Source: Octopus sinensis
Lineage: Eukaryota
NCBI RefSeq assembly: GCF_006345805.1
Contig: NC_043004.1
Span: forward strand, 67,208,001 to 67,272,000
DNA length: 64,000 nt
Reading direction: 5' to 3'
How positions within the stretch are numbered: position 1 is the first letter of the stretch; each line of letters begins with the position of its first letter. The position numbers were made by a program, and so were the translations under genes. The notes under the pieces were generated by a model. That model did no database searches, had not been told where the DNA came from, and was given only the letters and a program-made list of their open reading frames with translations. Of this stretch, positions 1-13,009 are shown in pieces.

Positions 1-392
1 TTGTTTTTTTTACGGTGTGTTTCCGTTGCAGCACAACAAATATAAGTAAATTTATTTACTGAGAAACTCTCTGAGATGAAAACAACGTTCTCTGATGAAA
101 CACATCAATAACATATACTGCTATGTTCTTTGATGGAGATTTGGCATTAAGATGTGAGCTATACAAGAAAATATACATAGGTTTACATACGTTGATAGAC
201 GTAAAATTATACAAATATACACAAGTTCATATATTCACACATGAACGTATACACAAGCATACACTCACTCACAAATACATACATCCAACACACACACAGA
301 GAGGGACACACGCACACAGCCACATATACATTTATTTGTATATATACATATATATCTATCTATCTGTCTGTCTGTCTGTCTGTCTGTGTGTG

Positions 393-446
<54 letters not shown>

Positions 447-486
447 CATTCAATAGTACGCGTAAATATGGCGCTGGACTTGTCTC

Positions 487-565
487 TTATTTTTCTTGAA
501 AGTCATCATTATTTCTTAATATTACATCTTTCAAAAGTTCGCTTCCTTCAATGTAGGTAGTATTT
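487..565 (-). CDS. Candidate terminal coding exon, (R)NTTYIEGSELLKDVILRNNDDFQEK*
   Basis: Minus-strand acceptor gaatttcatttcag precedes a 79-nt open frame ending in TAA. Phase fits the candidate exon at 651-682 across an 85-nt GT-AG intron. No homology recognised. Confidence 0.2.
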
Positions 566-650
566 CTGAAATGAAATTCACTATCACTCCGTGATAGTCA
601 ATGTTTCTTTTTTGTGCGTGTGTCGGGGAAGTAGAGATGAAAGCTTGTAC

Positions 651-682
651 CTTAATATTTCCTGGGCCACTTGTGCAACATT
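651..682 (-). CDS. Candidate small coding exon, NVAQVAQEIL(R)
   Basis: Pyrimidine-rich stretch ending ccag, 32-nt open frame, donor AAG|GTACAA. Splicing gives an in-frame AG+A Arg codon with 487-565. Confidence 0.15.
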
Positions 683-2367
683 CTGGCATGGGGTTTGGTA
701 CGTGCGTGGAAAGAAAGTTAAGTATTGAAGAAGCACGGAAAGAAAATGATGCAACGCACAAGGGATTTACGATGGAGGGATAAAAGTATAAATAGGGCAA
801 AGCGGATAGAGCTCAAAGTGAAAAATTTATGTAATTATTAACACCGATAGAAACGCATTTTGATTGCTTATGGGGTAAAAGAAGTTATTTAAAAGCACAA
901 GAGGGGGAAATGGAACAAAGACTATACATAAATAAATAAAATACCGTTCTGTTGTATTTTAATATCGCTAATCCGTCGATTTTTTTTTCAATTTTAGGTA
1001 TTTTCGAAGTAACTGTATGCTATTGCAATATCTCTGGGCTTCTCTTCAACTAGGTTAGAATACGAATGCTTCTGAGAAATTTCTTTTCGCCAGTCTACAT
1101 CAAATCGCACCTTGTTTTCAATATATAGTATGTTTATCGTTTTAAGGTGTTCTATTTTAATCACATTGATGTCATAAATTATATACGTACCATTTGCTGC
1201 ATTCAGGGGACATGGACAAACGTCACGCCCGTTGTAAGTACGTAGCGTTTTCTCTCCAGAAAATCTGTTACTTTTCTTATCCCCAAATGACTAATAGTTT
1301 TAAGCCATATGACAGTTAAACTAAGTCGAACAGTAACATAACAAGGTTTTAGTTCTGTATATACAATTTTAAGCTATATAATCTTAATTTTGGGATTTTT
1401 TCCATAAATTACTAGAAGCAAGTTAGATGGCATTTTGCATGAGGTTAAGAATGTTGAACTAGTGACTTTTTTCAGTAATGCATGCCCAGGTATAAAATAT
1501 TTAACTTGGTATATTTTGAAGAAAATACCTACAGTAGATCACGTTTTTGTCAGGATTTCTAAAAGACAAAATCCTGGAATATATCGAAAGCTATTATTAA
1601 ATGATTCTTTATTCACTTACTTTCTCCGATGACGAGCAAAATAGTAGATATTTTGTTAGAGATAAAATATTAGAGAAAGCCTTTGCTATTTTCAGTGGAA
1701 TTACAGAACACACGAAAATGATATCTCTCTCTACATCTCTGCCATTAGTAAACAAATTCCTGATTCTGAGAATGCCGTATCTTCATTCATTGGGTTATAG
1801 GAAAACAATGTCTTATATTTTTGTCAATAGCGTTGAACACATTCTAAGTGTGACTCGTTTTCCTAATGGCTCAGCTTATAACATGTCGTATTTTGATTCG
1901 AGTGTTGGAACTGCTGCTAGAAGTATTTCAGTTAATCATTTTCCCCAAACATTTATGATATTTCGGACGAGTGATTATTTTTTGTTGTCGGAACATGGGT
2001 CTATTTTCATTTAGAAGATTTTTCAGGTCTGCTTTGAATGTGTATTTGAAGCTATACGCACAATACTTTGCTAAATCGCTTTGAATCGCCGGATTACATT
2101 TGTGAAGTTGCAGTTTCATTTTTATATTCTTTTACATTATCCCTCACAGTTGGGCAACCACCTTCCGTGCTTGCGTGCACAGCACAAACATACATTTACT
2201 ATATTGTAATATAGACAAATACACACACACACACATACACACTCATATACACACACATACATATATATACATAAATTATATATCTATATACATTATAGAT
2301 ATATATATATATAAATATATACGTTGTATGTATGTATATATATATATATACACATCCACATGCTTAT

Positions 2368-2415
<48 letters not shown>

Positions 2416-2444
2416 ATGTATATATGTATATACGCATATATACT

Positions 2445-2494
<50 letters not shown>

Positions 2495-3184
2495 AATATA
2501 TATATATGCATACATACGTTCATATATGTGTGCGTGTGAGTGTGTGTTTGATGTGTGCAGTGAGAGTCACTGATATACATAAAGACATACATATAATTAA
2601 ATATGTGAATGTTTTCAAATTTGAATGAACATTCCTTTATAAATCCGGAATAACACAAAGTGAAATCGTTGTATATGCATAAAGCTTTGTCTTCCTCAGT
2701 CGGTACATGGTTATTAATTTATTACATACTATATTAAACTTTCTGATCCGGCTCCAATACCATACGGCACGAAATATTCAATCTCGCAATCTTTTGATAT
2801 TATTCTGTACAGTAAAATAATTATTTGTTGCACGGTATTCGAAATATTTCTGGACGAAAATTATATTTTCGTCTGTTATATAGCGTTCAATTACCTCAAA
2901 GAATATTCATAGAGAACAATTTTCTATTCATATATGTATATATATGTATGCATTATATTACATAATATTCTTTATTCCTAATAACTGGTTACATTGCTTT
3001 ATAATAGAATGCGATAATGCTGACTTTAGAATTAAGAAGAATGGCTGTCGCTCCGTTTCTTAAGAATTAGAATTTTCCCTATTGTTATTATGTAGGTCTC
3101 ATGTTGCTAAAGTGTGTAAGATCCCATTTTTGGAGCAAATCCCAAGAAGAGCCATTTCCTTTAATCATTATTACCTGTGATTCT

Positions 3185-3275
3185 CCTCGACTTCCTCTTT
3201 TTGGAGTCAATGAAATAAGTACCAGTTGAACACCCTCACCCATAACGTTGCTGCCCTTGTTGTACACTTTGAATC
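3185..3275 (+). mobile_element. SINE family A, degraded 3' fragment
   Basis: ggagtcaatgaaataagtaccagttgaacac...ttgctgcccttg matches the body and tail of better copies at 10600, 18201 and 32839. Confidence 0.5.
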
Positions 3276-3276
<1 letters not shown>

Positions 3277-3342
<66 letters not shown>

Positions 3343-3344
3343 CA

Positions 3345-3384
<40 letters not shown>

Positions 3385-3385
3385 C
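3277..3385. repeat. (ATT)n/(TAA)n microsatellite at the 3' end of the R4/Dong element
   Basis: Directly visible. Confidence 0.95.
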
Positions 3386-3399
3386 ATCAGCAGCATCAT

Positions 3400-4905
3400 T
3401 CAGTAGTTTTAGTTTTATAGCGTGCTTTCACTTCACAACCGAGCGCAGCTCTGTGTGCCTTGGGTATGTGCTGTGATTTGTTGTGATGCTCTGATGGTTA
3501 TTGTATGGAAAGTGTTCTGCGTAGGATGTGTGCAGTGCCTAGTAGTACAATTTTCTGTATGTTATATGTGTTTGTAAGTCCTGGTGTTTTTGTTATGTAT
3601 TTGTCTGAATATTTTTTTATCATTCCTAATGCACCTACTATGATAGGAATTGTTTCTGTTTTTAGATTCCACATTCTAGTTACCTCTATTTCCAGGTCTT
3701 TGTATTTTGAGAGTTTCTCCATTTCTTTTAGAGACACGTTGTCATCTGCCGGTATTGATACATCAATTAGAAAGCATTTTTTTTTCTTCATGATCTCTGA
3801 CAACTATATCTGGTCTGTTGGCCTTAATTTCTCTATCTGTGTGTATCGGCATATCCCAGAGTATGGTTGCTTTCTCGTTTTCTGTGACCTTTTCTGGTGT
3901 GTGTCTATGCCATCTTTTTTCTGTGATTATTCCATAATGTTGGAATAGCTTGCAGTGTATGTAGATCCCAACTCTGTCGTGTCTGTGAATATATTCCTTC
4001 CTAGCCAGGCCTGGGCAGTCAGAGATTATATGATTTATTGTTTCTTGTCCATCTCCACATATTCTGCAGTTACTTGTTATATTTCTTTTCATTACATGTT
4101 TTTGGTAATTTCTGGTGGGGAGGCTTTGGTCTTGTGCTGCAATTAAAAATCATTCTGTCTCTGCTTTGAGTCCCGAGCTTCTCAGCCATTGCTGGGATTT
4201 TTCTTTGTCTATTTCTTTTGTGTTTAGTTTAGTCCAGTATTTACCATGAAGGGGCTTTTCTTGCCATCGTTTTATCATGGTTCGTTGGTGTTCTGATTTT
4301 AGTTTGGATTTCATTTGTTTTATAGCTTTTGTTGTTTCTTCTTCTTCTTCTTCTTCTTCTTCTTCTTCTTCTTCTTCTTCTTCTTCTTCTTCTTCTTCTT
4401 CTTCTTCTTCTTCTTCTTCTTCTTCTTCTTCTTCTTCTTCTTTTTCTTCTTCTTCTTCTTTTTCTTCTTCTTCTTCATATTTGTTAGGTGGTATGATTTC
4501 TTGTTTGTATTTGTCAGCTTCCTTAAATACTGTGAACAAATTTTTTTGTTTTGCTCGTGTTTTGACGCTATTTGTATCAGTTATCCTTGCTTCTGAAGTA
4601 GGTATTTTTGCAGCCCTATGGTGGTTATTTTATAGTAGTTTTCTAGCTTTATAAGACGTCAGCCACCTTCTATATGTTGTATATATAGCCTTTCTATGTC
4701 ACATTTTGGGTGATGCATCCTAGATCCTATCATTATTTTTCTTGTTTTCCTATCTATTTTGGTTAGTTCATTTAGTGTCCAGTTAAGGATATTGTAGTTG
4801 TAACTTATAACTGGAACGGCTAAAGTGTTAATACCTATTATCTTGTCTTTAGCATTGAGCTCTGTTTTTAGTATTGATCTAACTCGTTTATAGTATTCTT
4901 TCTTC
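3400..4905 (-). mobile_element. 5'-truncated, decayed R4/Dong-clade non-LTR retrotransposon (post-RT region, CCHC knuckle, restriction-like endonuclease, 3' UTR)
   Basis: Translations: KKEYYKRVRSILKTELN...AVPVISY...IDRKTRK...HHPK.DIERLY; WLRSSGLKAETE; CRICGDGQETINHIISDC; RHDRV; ILWDMPIHTDREIKANRPDIVV; FLIDVSIP...KLSKYKDL; LGTAHILRRTL. Several stops (e.g. 4150-4152) and frameshifts (poly-A near 3780). Flanked by TAA-type repeats. Confidence 0.9.
4336..4476 (-). repeat. (GAA)n tract, 47 codons, in frame inside the LINE ORF
   Basis: Reads as poly-Glu with two Lys codons between PPNKY and TTKAIKQ. Confidence 0.95.
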
Positions 4906-4919
4906 TTTTTCTTCTTCTT

Positions 4920-4947
4920 CTTCTTATTATTGTTAGTATTATTATTG

Positions 4948-4983
<36 letters not shown>

Positions 4984-5008
4984 GTAGTAGTAGTAGTAGT
5001 AGTAGTAA

Positions 5009-5067
<59 letters not shown>

Positions 5068-5070
5068 TTA
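4920..5070. repeat. (TTA)n/(TAG)n compound microsatellite
   Basis: Directly visible; separates two LINE fragments. Confidence 0.95.
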
Positions 5071-5071
5071 T

Positions 5072-5388
5072 TCTATGTTTGACTTATGCTTTATATTTGT
5101 ACAAGTTGGCTCCAAGTCCGACCCAGAGACCTCAAGAGACAACTGGTTGGAAGTTCGTGATGTTGTTATGCCTAGTGTGGCATATATTTGGTTTCGTATT
5201 TAGTGTTGTACTAGTGAATGTCAAAAAAAAAAAAAACGAAAATTATGTTTGTTTTAAAATTTGAGATTACTTAGAAAGTATTTTGCGTAGGATATGTGCA
5301 GTTCCCATGAGCACTGCCTTTTGAATTTTAGCCATTTTGGGGTTTCCTGGTATCTGAGTTAGGTAGCGATCAGCCCTTTTTGCTATCA
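5072..5388 (-). mobile_element. 3' end of a second R4/Dong-type family
   Basis: Minus translation MIAKRADRYLTQIPGNPKMAKIQKAVLMGTAHILRKILSK* parallels the C-terminus of the first element; the 3' UTR differs. Confidence 0.8.
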
Positions 5389-5418
5389 TTCATTATTATT
5401 ATTATTATCATTACTATA

Positions 5419-5478
<60 letters not shown>

Positions 5479-5537
5479 TTCATCATCATCATCAACATTA
5501 TTATTATTATCATCATTATTATTATTTTTATTATTAT

Positions 5538-5655
5538 TATATGTTTGACTTTTGCTTTGTATTTGTACAAGTTGGCTCCATGTCTCAGCTACAGACCTCA
5601 AAAGACAAGTTAGAAGTTCAAATTGGTGTTATGCCTACGTTGTCTTTAATTTAGT
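5538..5655 (-). mobile_element. Second copy of the second family's 3' UTR
   Basis: tgtttgactt.tgctttg/atatttgtacaagttggctcca...gacctcaa is shared with 5075-5140; abuts (ATT)n. Confidence 0.75.
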
Positions 5656-5668
5656 TTTTTATATAGTA

Positions 5669-5842
5669 TTCTTTTCTACTCTAGGCACAAGGCCCGAGAT
5701 TTTGGGGAAAGGGGCCATCCGATTTGATCGATCCGATTACGCATCTGGTACTTCATTTAATGACCCCGAAGGGATGAAATGAAAAGTTGATCTCGGTGAA
5801 ATTTGAACTCAGAACGTAAAGACAGACGAAATACCGCTAATT
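5669..5842 (-). mobile_element. SINE family A, 5'-truncated
   Basis: Reverse complement of the B-box region (gagttcaaatt) and family A body. Confidence 0.75.
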
Positions 5843-6358
5843 AAGTACCCATTGAGCACTAACTTATTCCACCCACAGGACTTGCTGGGCTTGTGCCAAA
5901 ATTTGAAACCGCTATTATTGTTGTTGTTGTGTTTGTTGTTGCTGCTGCAGTCAGCAGAGTCTTAGTCACCGTTGTTGTTGTTGTTGTAAGATTGCCAGCA
6001 AACGGACAACATTTTTAGTATACTGGGCTCATTGATTATCCTAATTTCTTCGTCTACACTTTTTCCTGCTTACGTTAGCTCATCCATATATATGTACATA
6101 CATACAAACGTATATACACGAATACACATGCACAAATATACTTACATGTATATCTATAAATGAATAAAAATACACACGCATACATATACGTATATATGTG
6201 TGTGTGTGTGTGAGTCTGTTTGTACACATATATATGCATATAAATATATATGTACATGTATATATATATGTGTATATACATGTATATACATATGGATATA
6301 TATGTATATAAATATGTGTATAGATTTACATATATATATTTAACTATCTATCTATGTA

Positions 6359-6434
<76 letters not shown>

Positions 6435-6500
6435 CATTAATAGTATGACAACAACGATATTATGTGAATAGAGGAATTTATCTGTAAAATAATATCTGAC

Positions 6501-6621
6501 AATTATTCGGTTGCCATAATAAAACCCCGAGTTTCGGATGTCGGAGCGGAAATCTACTCCGGCAACTCGTTACTCCGCCCTACATTCGAACGCGGACTTT
6601 TATTATGGCAACCGAATAATT
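6501..6621. mobile_element. MITE-like element with 24-bp perfect inverted repeat
   Basis: aattattcggttgccataataaaa (6501-6524) is the exact reverse complement of 6598-6621. Can be read as TA|TTCGGTTGCC...GGCAACCGAA|TA, a mariner-type end. Confidence 0.7.
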
Positions 6622-8019
6622 TGGGTTTACAAGTCACTCAAATTACAGTCAATGAGGAAGAGATATGGCGCTGGTCCCACAGTTGTTACAATATTTCATT
6701 GTGGATTCAATTATTAGGATCATACGTTTCCCTCTCATCTGCCCGATTTCCATAAAGAATATGGCAATCATAAAACATTAAGAACAGACGGATCAGTTTC
6801 TTCCTCCTATATTTTCTAATCTTTTGCCTAAAAAAGAATCATTATATCTATATAATTATAGATCATTAATTAGAAGGTTTCCATAAGTGAAGTAAGTGCA
6901 ATATGGTTTTTTTCATCAAGCTTTGAGGTTGATGAGATTGTAAAAGCATTTTCTTCTTCATTTCAAGTCATTTTGAAGCAAAATACTTCATGTTAGCATA
7001 TTTGTTACATATGTTATATATGGGTGTATGTTGGTAGAGAGAGAGAGAGAGAGAGAGAGAGACCCAGAGAGGGAGACAGAATCAACAAAATATACTTACA
7101 TATACAGATATATTGATATGTATATATAGACACATATATACATATTCATTCAAGTTTACATTTTATACACACATATATACTTACATATAAACATATGCGT
7201 GTAGGCGTATGTATGCACGTAAGTATGAATGTATATAATTCTCTGGAATCGGAGACAATGAAAAGAAAATATGTGTTAGATCCTTCTTTTCCCTAGCGTG
7301 TCTGTCTGTTCGCTATCGAAATTTGATAGTGCCAAGGCATCGTCTTAATAGAGTCTAATGTTTGTCGAAAGCGATTTATTGATAAGCATATCCAGACAAT
7401 GAAAAGCATATAAAATTACCATATCTGATTTACAATGCTACGTCGAATAAGACTTGCGTGTCTATTCCCTTAGTGGAGTCGAACATTTGTTCAAGAGTAG
7501 TTTTTCGTAGCCTGGGCTGATATTCAAGTAGCACTAAAGACACAAATATCATGCATGCATACTTCGTAGTTCTTTCTAGTAGGGCACCTAACACGAAGAA
7601 AATAATTCTAAATAATTCTTTACTGGTCCGGCAGTCGTAAGATCACTTGCTTAATACTACACACAAGGCACTGTATATCAAGCGGTGATGCAATGTTTGG
7701 AGCAGCGAATTTACGGAAATATGTAGGCGATACGGAAGGTGTTTTCAACAGCTTAAGATCATCGTTTAATATCCAGAACAGTCGTAAAGTCGCAATTTTA
7801 CCTAAACATTGGAAGAAAATGCCGTACATTATCTAAGACAAAACTTAGACAATGTGATGACAGCAATGCAAACTCTATTTAACCGTTCTTCAGATTAAAC
7901 TTCCAATAGCAAAAATCCCTTGTTATACATCTCCATTCTGCCATAACTTATGATTGCTAAATCTGCTCCTACAGTTTCCTAAACAAATCATTTGCTAATA
8001 GTTTCCCTGTCATCAGACT

Positions 8020-8240
8020 ATAATGACAATGATTATAATAATAATGATAATAATAATAATATTAATAATATTATTAATAGTAATAATAAAAATAATAATA
8101 ATAATAATAAAAAGAAGAAGAAGAAGAAGAAGAAGAAGAAGAAGAAGAAGAAGAAGAAGAGAAGAAGAAGAACAAGAAGAACAAGAAGAAGGAGAAGAAG
8201 AAGAAGAAGAAGAAGAAGAAGAATGATAATAATAATAATA
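8020..8240. repeat. (AAT)n + (AAG)n compound microsatellite
   Basis: Directly visible. Confidence 0.95.
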
Positions 8241-10599
8241 GTAATGTTCGTATATAATAATACGCTGTGTGTGTCCCTGTCGGTCACGGCGTAGGCAAAG
8301 GAAAGTAAAATAACCGACGAATTGAGAGAGGTTGACAGTCAGAGATGCTAACGCAAGTGATGGCTTTTGAAGATGTAGCTCCGAAGATGCTAAAATGAAG
8401 AAGAAAAAAAACGGAGCGGCAGTGAGTGACAGTCAGAAGGGGTGACTTATAGTGAGCACAGAATTCAGCAGAAAGAAAATGAAATCGAATTTTTATCGGA
8501 TATTATACTTACCAATTTTGCACACACATATAAGTATAAGATTAAATTTGCTGAGTTTTTGTGGAGTGCATTTGAAAGAAAAAGTAGTATGTAATATATA
8601 ATAAAAAGTCGGTTACACTTTGTAATAGATTAATGACATAACAGAAACAAGATTCATAAACGGAGAGAGCGACACATAGATAGGCAACTACCTATAACGA
8701 AAGATAGATTGATATACATACACACATACAGAATGTAAATATATATACATTTACAACGCAAACACTTATATATGAAAATAAGTGCATGTATGTGGACGTA
8801 GGCATATATATTTTCACATGTATATGCTGTTTGATTCTTCTGGGTAAATTTCATAATAGATTAGCTTATTTGAAGTAGGCTATAGATAAACTTATTCAAA
8901 ACCATAAATTCTGATTTATCTTACACTTATATTCGTGTATGTATATATATATATATATATATAAACACATTCACAGTGGGTGCGAGAGGGAAAGAGAGAC
9001 TGGGTGATGTGTATTTGTGAGCATGTATGCATGTGTTAGCGCGCGCGCGTGTGTGTGTGTGCGTATGTGTGTGTGTGTGCGTGTGTGTGCGTGCGTGTGT
9101 GTGTGATTGTGTGCATGTTAGGACTTTCGGAAATCACTGTTTCCCGTCGTTGTTCATTCCGCCTTCGTTCAGAAAACAAAAGCTACTAAATTAAGCAGCT
9201 TCCAAGAATTGGATCATCCCAATGGGACACAAAACGAAACTGATTCTATGAGAGTGAATAATTTCTTACATTATCATCTTTATTTCCATATAACATTAAT
9301 TCACATTGCAAATGTTCTTGCCTCGACTACAGCTGGACATTCGCCAACTATGGCCACTTCTCATACAGGAGTCATTTAAAATTCATCTCATAAAATGATT
9401 GGACATCGATGGCAAAATTAGTAACATCTCGAGCTATTTGAAGTTCCTCAGAGGTATTGCATTTCGTAGGAGACCATGCATGATAATATAGTAATTCCGA
9501 CGGGAGAATTATATTCATTTGATCGATTTGATCTTATTACCTATTGACTTTTAAGCTCGAATAAAAAGAAACAATACAGGGTTGCCAATATTTAAACACT
9601 CCCATGAGACGTTTTCTGTTCGGCGGCCTCCAATTTATAATATAAAAATCAAATCTTTACACTCGCGTAATAAATTAGTTCATATGTATCTGATGTGTGA
9701 TATATAAATAATATAGCGTAGATGGAGTTGTTGTTGTTGGCATTGATGCTGACGATATGTGAGCGATGGTGTTAGACATGTTAGTGGATAAATTTTGAAG
9801 AAATTCAATGATTGAAGAGTTAGTAAAATGAAAGGAGCCAATATATTATGCGACATCTTGAAAGCTACAATGCTCTAAATTGATTAGTGCTAAATGAAAC
9901 ATCATTCCTATTCCTTCCTATCGAAAACGAACGGACACGTCTTTAGATTTCATAAGAAAAAAAAACAACTAAGATAAAAAAAACAACGAAAGAAAAAACT
10001 CATAAGATAACAACAGTAGCAGCAAAAATACCATCAGTGATAATGATGGTATTATCTTCGTACTTTGGCATACATCCGAGAAAATATCGTTGATGTTATT
10101 GGTTCAGTTACAAATCAGCCTTGATTGAACGAACATATGATCAAAGGCGTTTCACAAATGACCATCCTAGTCTCTCGTTTCGAGAATATATAATCCTTCC
10201 TCACGATTGAAAGAAAATTTATGTCGATTTGGCAACAATTTCTAGCAGACTGATAAATATGTTGCTCCTTCCGTGTTGGGTTCCAACGTTCTGTACAGTA
10301 GTTCACATTTCGAATATGCTATTGGTCTAGGATTTCATTCATGAGACTAACACAATTTGAGCAATATCCTCAGGAAAATTTCAACTGACAGGACAAACTA
10401 ATCTAAATACAAAAAGAATTTCCTCACTTGCTATATGCTCAGAATGTTCATGACCCTAATATCAACTATAATGATTTCTTTATTCCCAACAAGATCGCAA
10501 ATACGTTTTTTGCCCATTAAAGAAGGAATTGAATGACGGTGGGGTGTTTATGTCTAACGTATAAAAAGATAATAAAAATGATAAAAAATGTGCTAAAAA

Positions 10600-10830
10600 G
10601 GCGGCGAGCTGGCAGAATCGTTAACACGCCGGGCGAAATGCTTAGCGATATTTCGTCTGTCGTTATGTTCTGAGTACAAATCCCGCCGAGGTCGAGTGTG
10701 CCATTCATCATTTCAGGGTTGATAAATAAAGTACTAGTTACGCACTGGGGTAGATGTAATCGACTTAATCCCTTCGTCTGTCCTTGTTTGTCCCCTCTAT
10801 GTTTAGCTCCTTGTGGACAATAAAGTAATA
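10600..10830 (+). mobile_element. tRNA-derived SINE family A, full length
   Basis: A-box-like TGGCAGAATCG, B-box-like GAGTACAAATC, body resembling the Deu/Nin-type domain (inference), A-rich tail. Multiple homologous copies in the window. Confidence 0.9.
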
Positions 10831-11989
10831 AAAAGATGATAAAAGTGAAGAAGCACAAAATACTAGAAAAACAATTTTTGCGGTAGGCAGGATAACTATT
10901 TTCGGCTGAAACTAGTACCCTAAAATCTGGATGACCTTTTGCTCTAAGGTCAAATGTTCTCTCTCCGAATTGTGTTTCTGGTGAACAGGTATATGCGGGG
11001 TCGATGCGAGTGAACAGTTACATGCGGGGTCACCTAGCATATGTGTTATTCTGACATAAAAAAGAATTTTGGGGAGCCAGTACTTATCTCAGCCGCCGCG
11101 AATTCCACTCAAAATCAAACTGAAAATATCAATCAATGTTTGGCAAAAGAGGAAAGTCCTTATTTTCATTTTCTGTCTGCGCTTTTCCGTTCAGCAATTA
11201 AACAACAACCAATTTGCTAACATATTGTTCAAAACATCAAAATCTTCTTCTGCAAATTATCGGTTCCCTTATATTTCTTCGCCCCTTTGCTTCTCAACAT
11301 CATCATTCCTCAACATGCATAACTAAGGAAATACTAATCATGAAGCTGTTTGCAGTATGTGTCTTCGAAGACTTCAATAAACTCGTACTGAGGACACTCC
11401 AATCGCAATAGACTGCACCTCGTAGAGAAGCTTGTCTTGTCCTGTATCTATCCTGCTGTCATCTGCTTTTCACAGCACACCATATCCTCCATCGAATGTC
11501 GGAGCAGGCCAGAGAGATGCAAAAACTGAACACTGTCTCAAGGAATTTCTCGTTTGTCAAAGATTTTAGCACTGCAATGCGGCTCTGTTACCCAGCGCAT
11601 CGAATGCTGTTGCTGCTGCTCCTACTGTTACCAATTGAACTTTGATGTTACAGTAAACATTAATGATACAATGTGGATATTGCTCTTCAGATTAAACAAA
11701 TCAATTCAATAAATGTCTCCCCCAGCGTAGCGTAGCCAGAGAGCTTACCACTTTCTAAACTGTAAGATTAGTGAATCATATGTTCAGTCTTGGTGCCTTT
11801 AAACAAGCAATGATAAATGGAATCCATCGCTTTCGTCAATGCGTATTCAAATTACCCATGTGCTAAATCCCAGCGCATTGAATGAGTGAATTGGTGGCTA
11901 AATATTCTATAGACAAGAACATACTTCACGTAATTCTCCGGAGTAATGATCATAACACTATGTTGAACATGGTTGGATCTATGTATCAC

Positions 11990-12165
11990 AGGTAACATTT
12001 ATACGATTGGCTTACGCACTTTCCATCGAACCAATTCACTTCACAGTCTTAGGGTGAGCTAAATTTAAGTTACAGCATTAAAAGATACTTGCCAAAGATG
12101 CATCGCGGGGAGACCGAACACAACACATCATGATTGCGAAGTAAACTTCTTCACAAGCTGGCAAT
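11990..12165 (-). mobile_element. Old degraded SINE with family B-like head
   Basis: cttgccaaagatgcatcgcggggagaccgaac...aaacttcttcacaagc resembles the reverse-complemented family B head. Confidence 0.4.
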
Positions 12166-12201
12166 GGTACGAAAATACGGATTAGTGTAATGCTACGGAA
12201 T

Positions 12202-12539
12202 GCTGAGACCTTCTTTGGTCATGACTGACCATGGGATTGTACCTACAAAGTTACCCTCGCAGGCACAAGTCCTAGCAAATTTGTTTATGGAAGACTAGCA
12301 GTCGCCCATGCATACCGGCCTCCCCTCTGCACGCTATCAGTGTTATCCAATGAAAGGCAAAGGCCGATACATTTTGGCACCTGTGACGTCGCAACTCATT
12401 TCTACAGCTGAGGAAATTGGAGCAAACGTGAAATAAAGGGTCTTGCTCAAGAACACCACACGCAGCCCATTTCGTGATTCGAACTCACAACCACGTGATC
12501 ATAAACTCCACGCTCTAACTATGAGCCATGAACCTTCAC
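12202..12539 (-). mobile_element. tRNA-derived SINE family C with 10-bp TSD
   Basis: Homologous to 57655-57989; gctacggaat at 12192-12201 and 12540-12549. Confidence 0.85.
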
Positions 12540-13009
12540 GCTACGGAATAAATGCATCAATAAATGTGTTTTAGGTAGGACACGAAATATTAAGGTTATA
12601 AGTCAGATGTTCGTTTGAGTCACTGCACAATAATTCATGAGAACTAAGATTGTCACAGCTGCCGAAAGAGCCATAATATTTATTTAAACCAGCATATAGT
12701 GTTATAGTTTCCAGCTTAACTACTTTTTTATATACGTAGTATAAAATGTTATCCTATTTTTTCATAGGTGGTTTCCTGGTACCCAGTGAGTGTCAAGGAG
12801 ACAATCATATTTAATAATATAGGGAAGGATTAGAAATTCGAATTTCAAATCAAGAAATACGGAAGGAGATGCATATAGCATATTTGATTTTCGGGTTTCG
12901 CTATTACGATGACCTTAAAATTTATTAAGTACGCACTGCAATTTAGTAATAAAAATATATGATACAAAATGAACAGATATGACAATAACGTGGAAATACT
13001 TATAACAGA

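Noticed and set aside
88-112. CTGATGA as a hammerhead core
   Set aside because: No helix II or correctly placed GAAA and NUH downstream.
1601-2014. 137-aa non-repetitive ORF
   Set aside because: No recognisable motif or convincing splice signals; compatible with chance.
10563-10848. TSD around the SINE at 10600 (aaaaagat.ataaaa.tga)
   Set aside because: Low-complexity A-rich match, and the left copy is about 18 nt from the element boundary.
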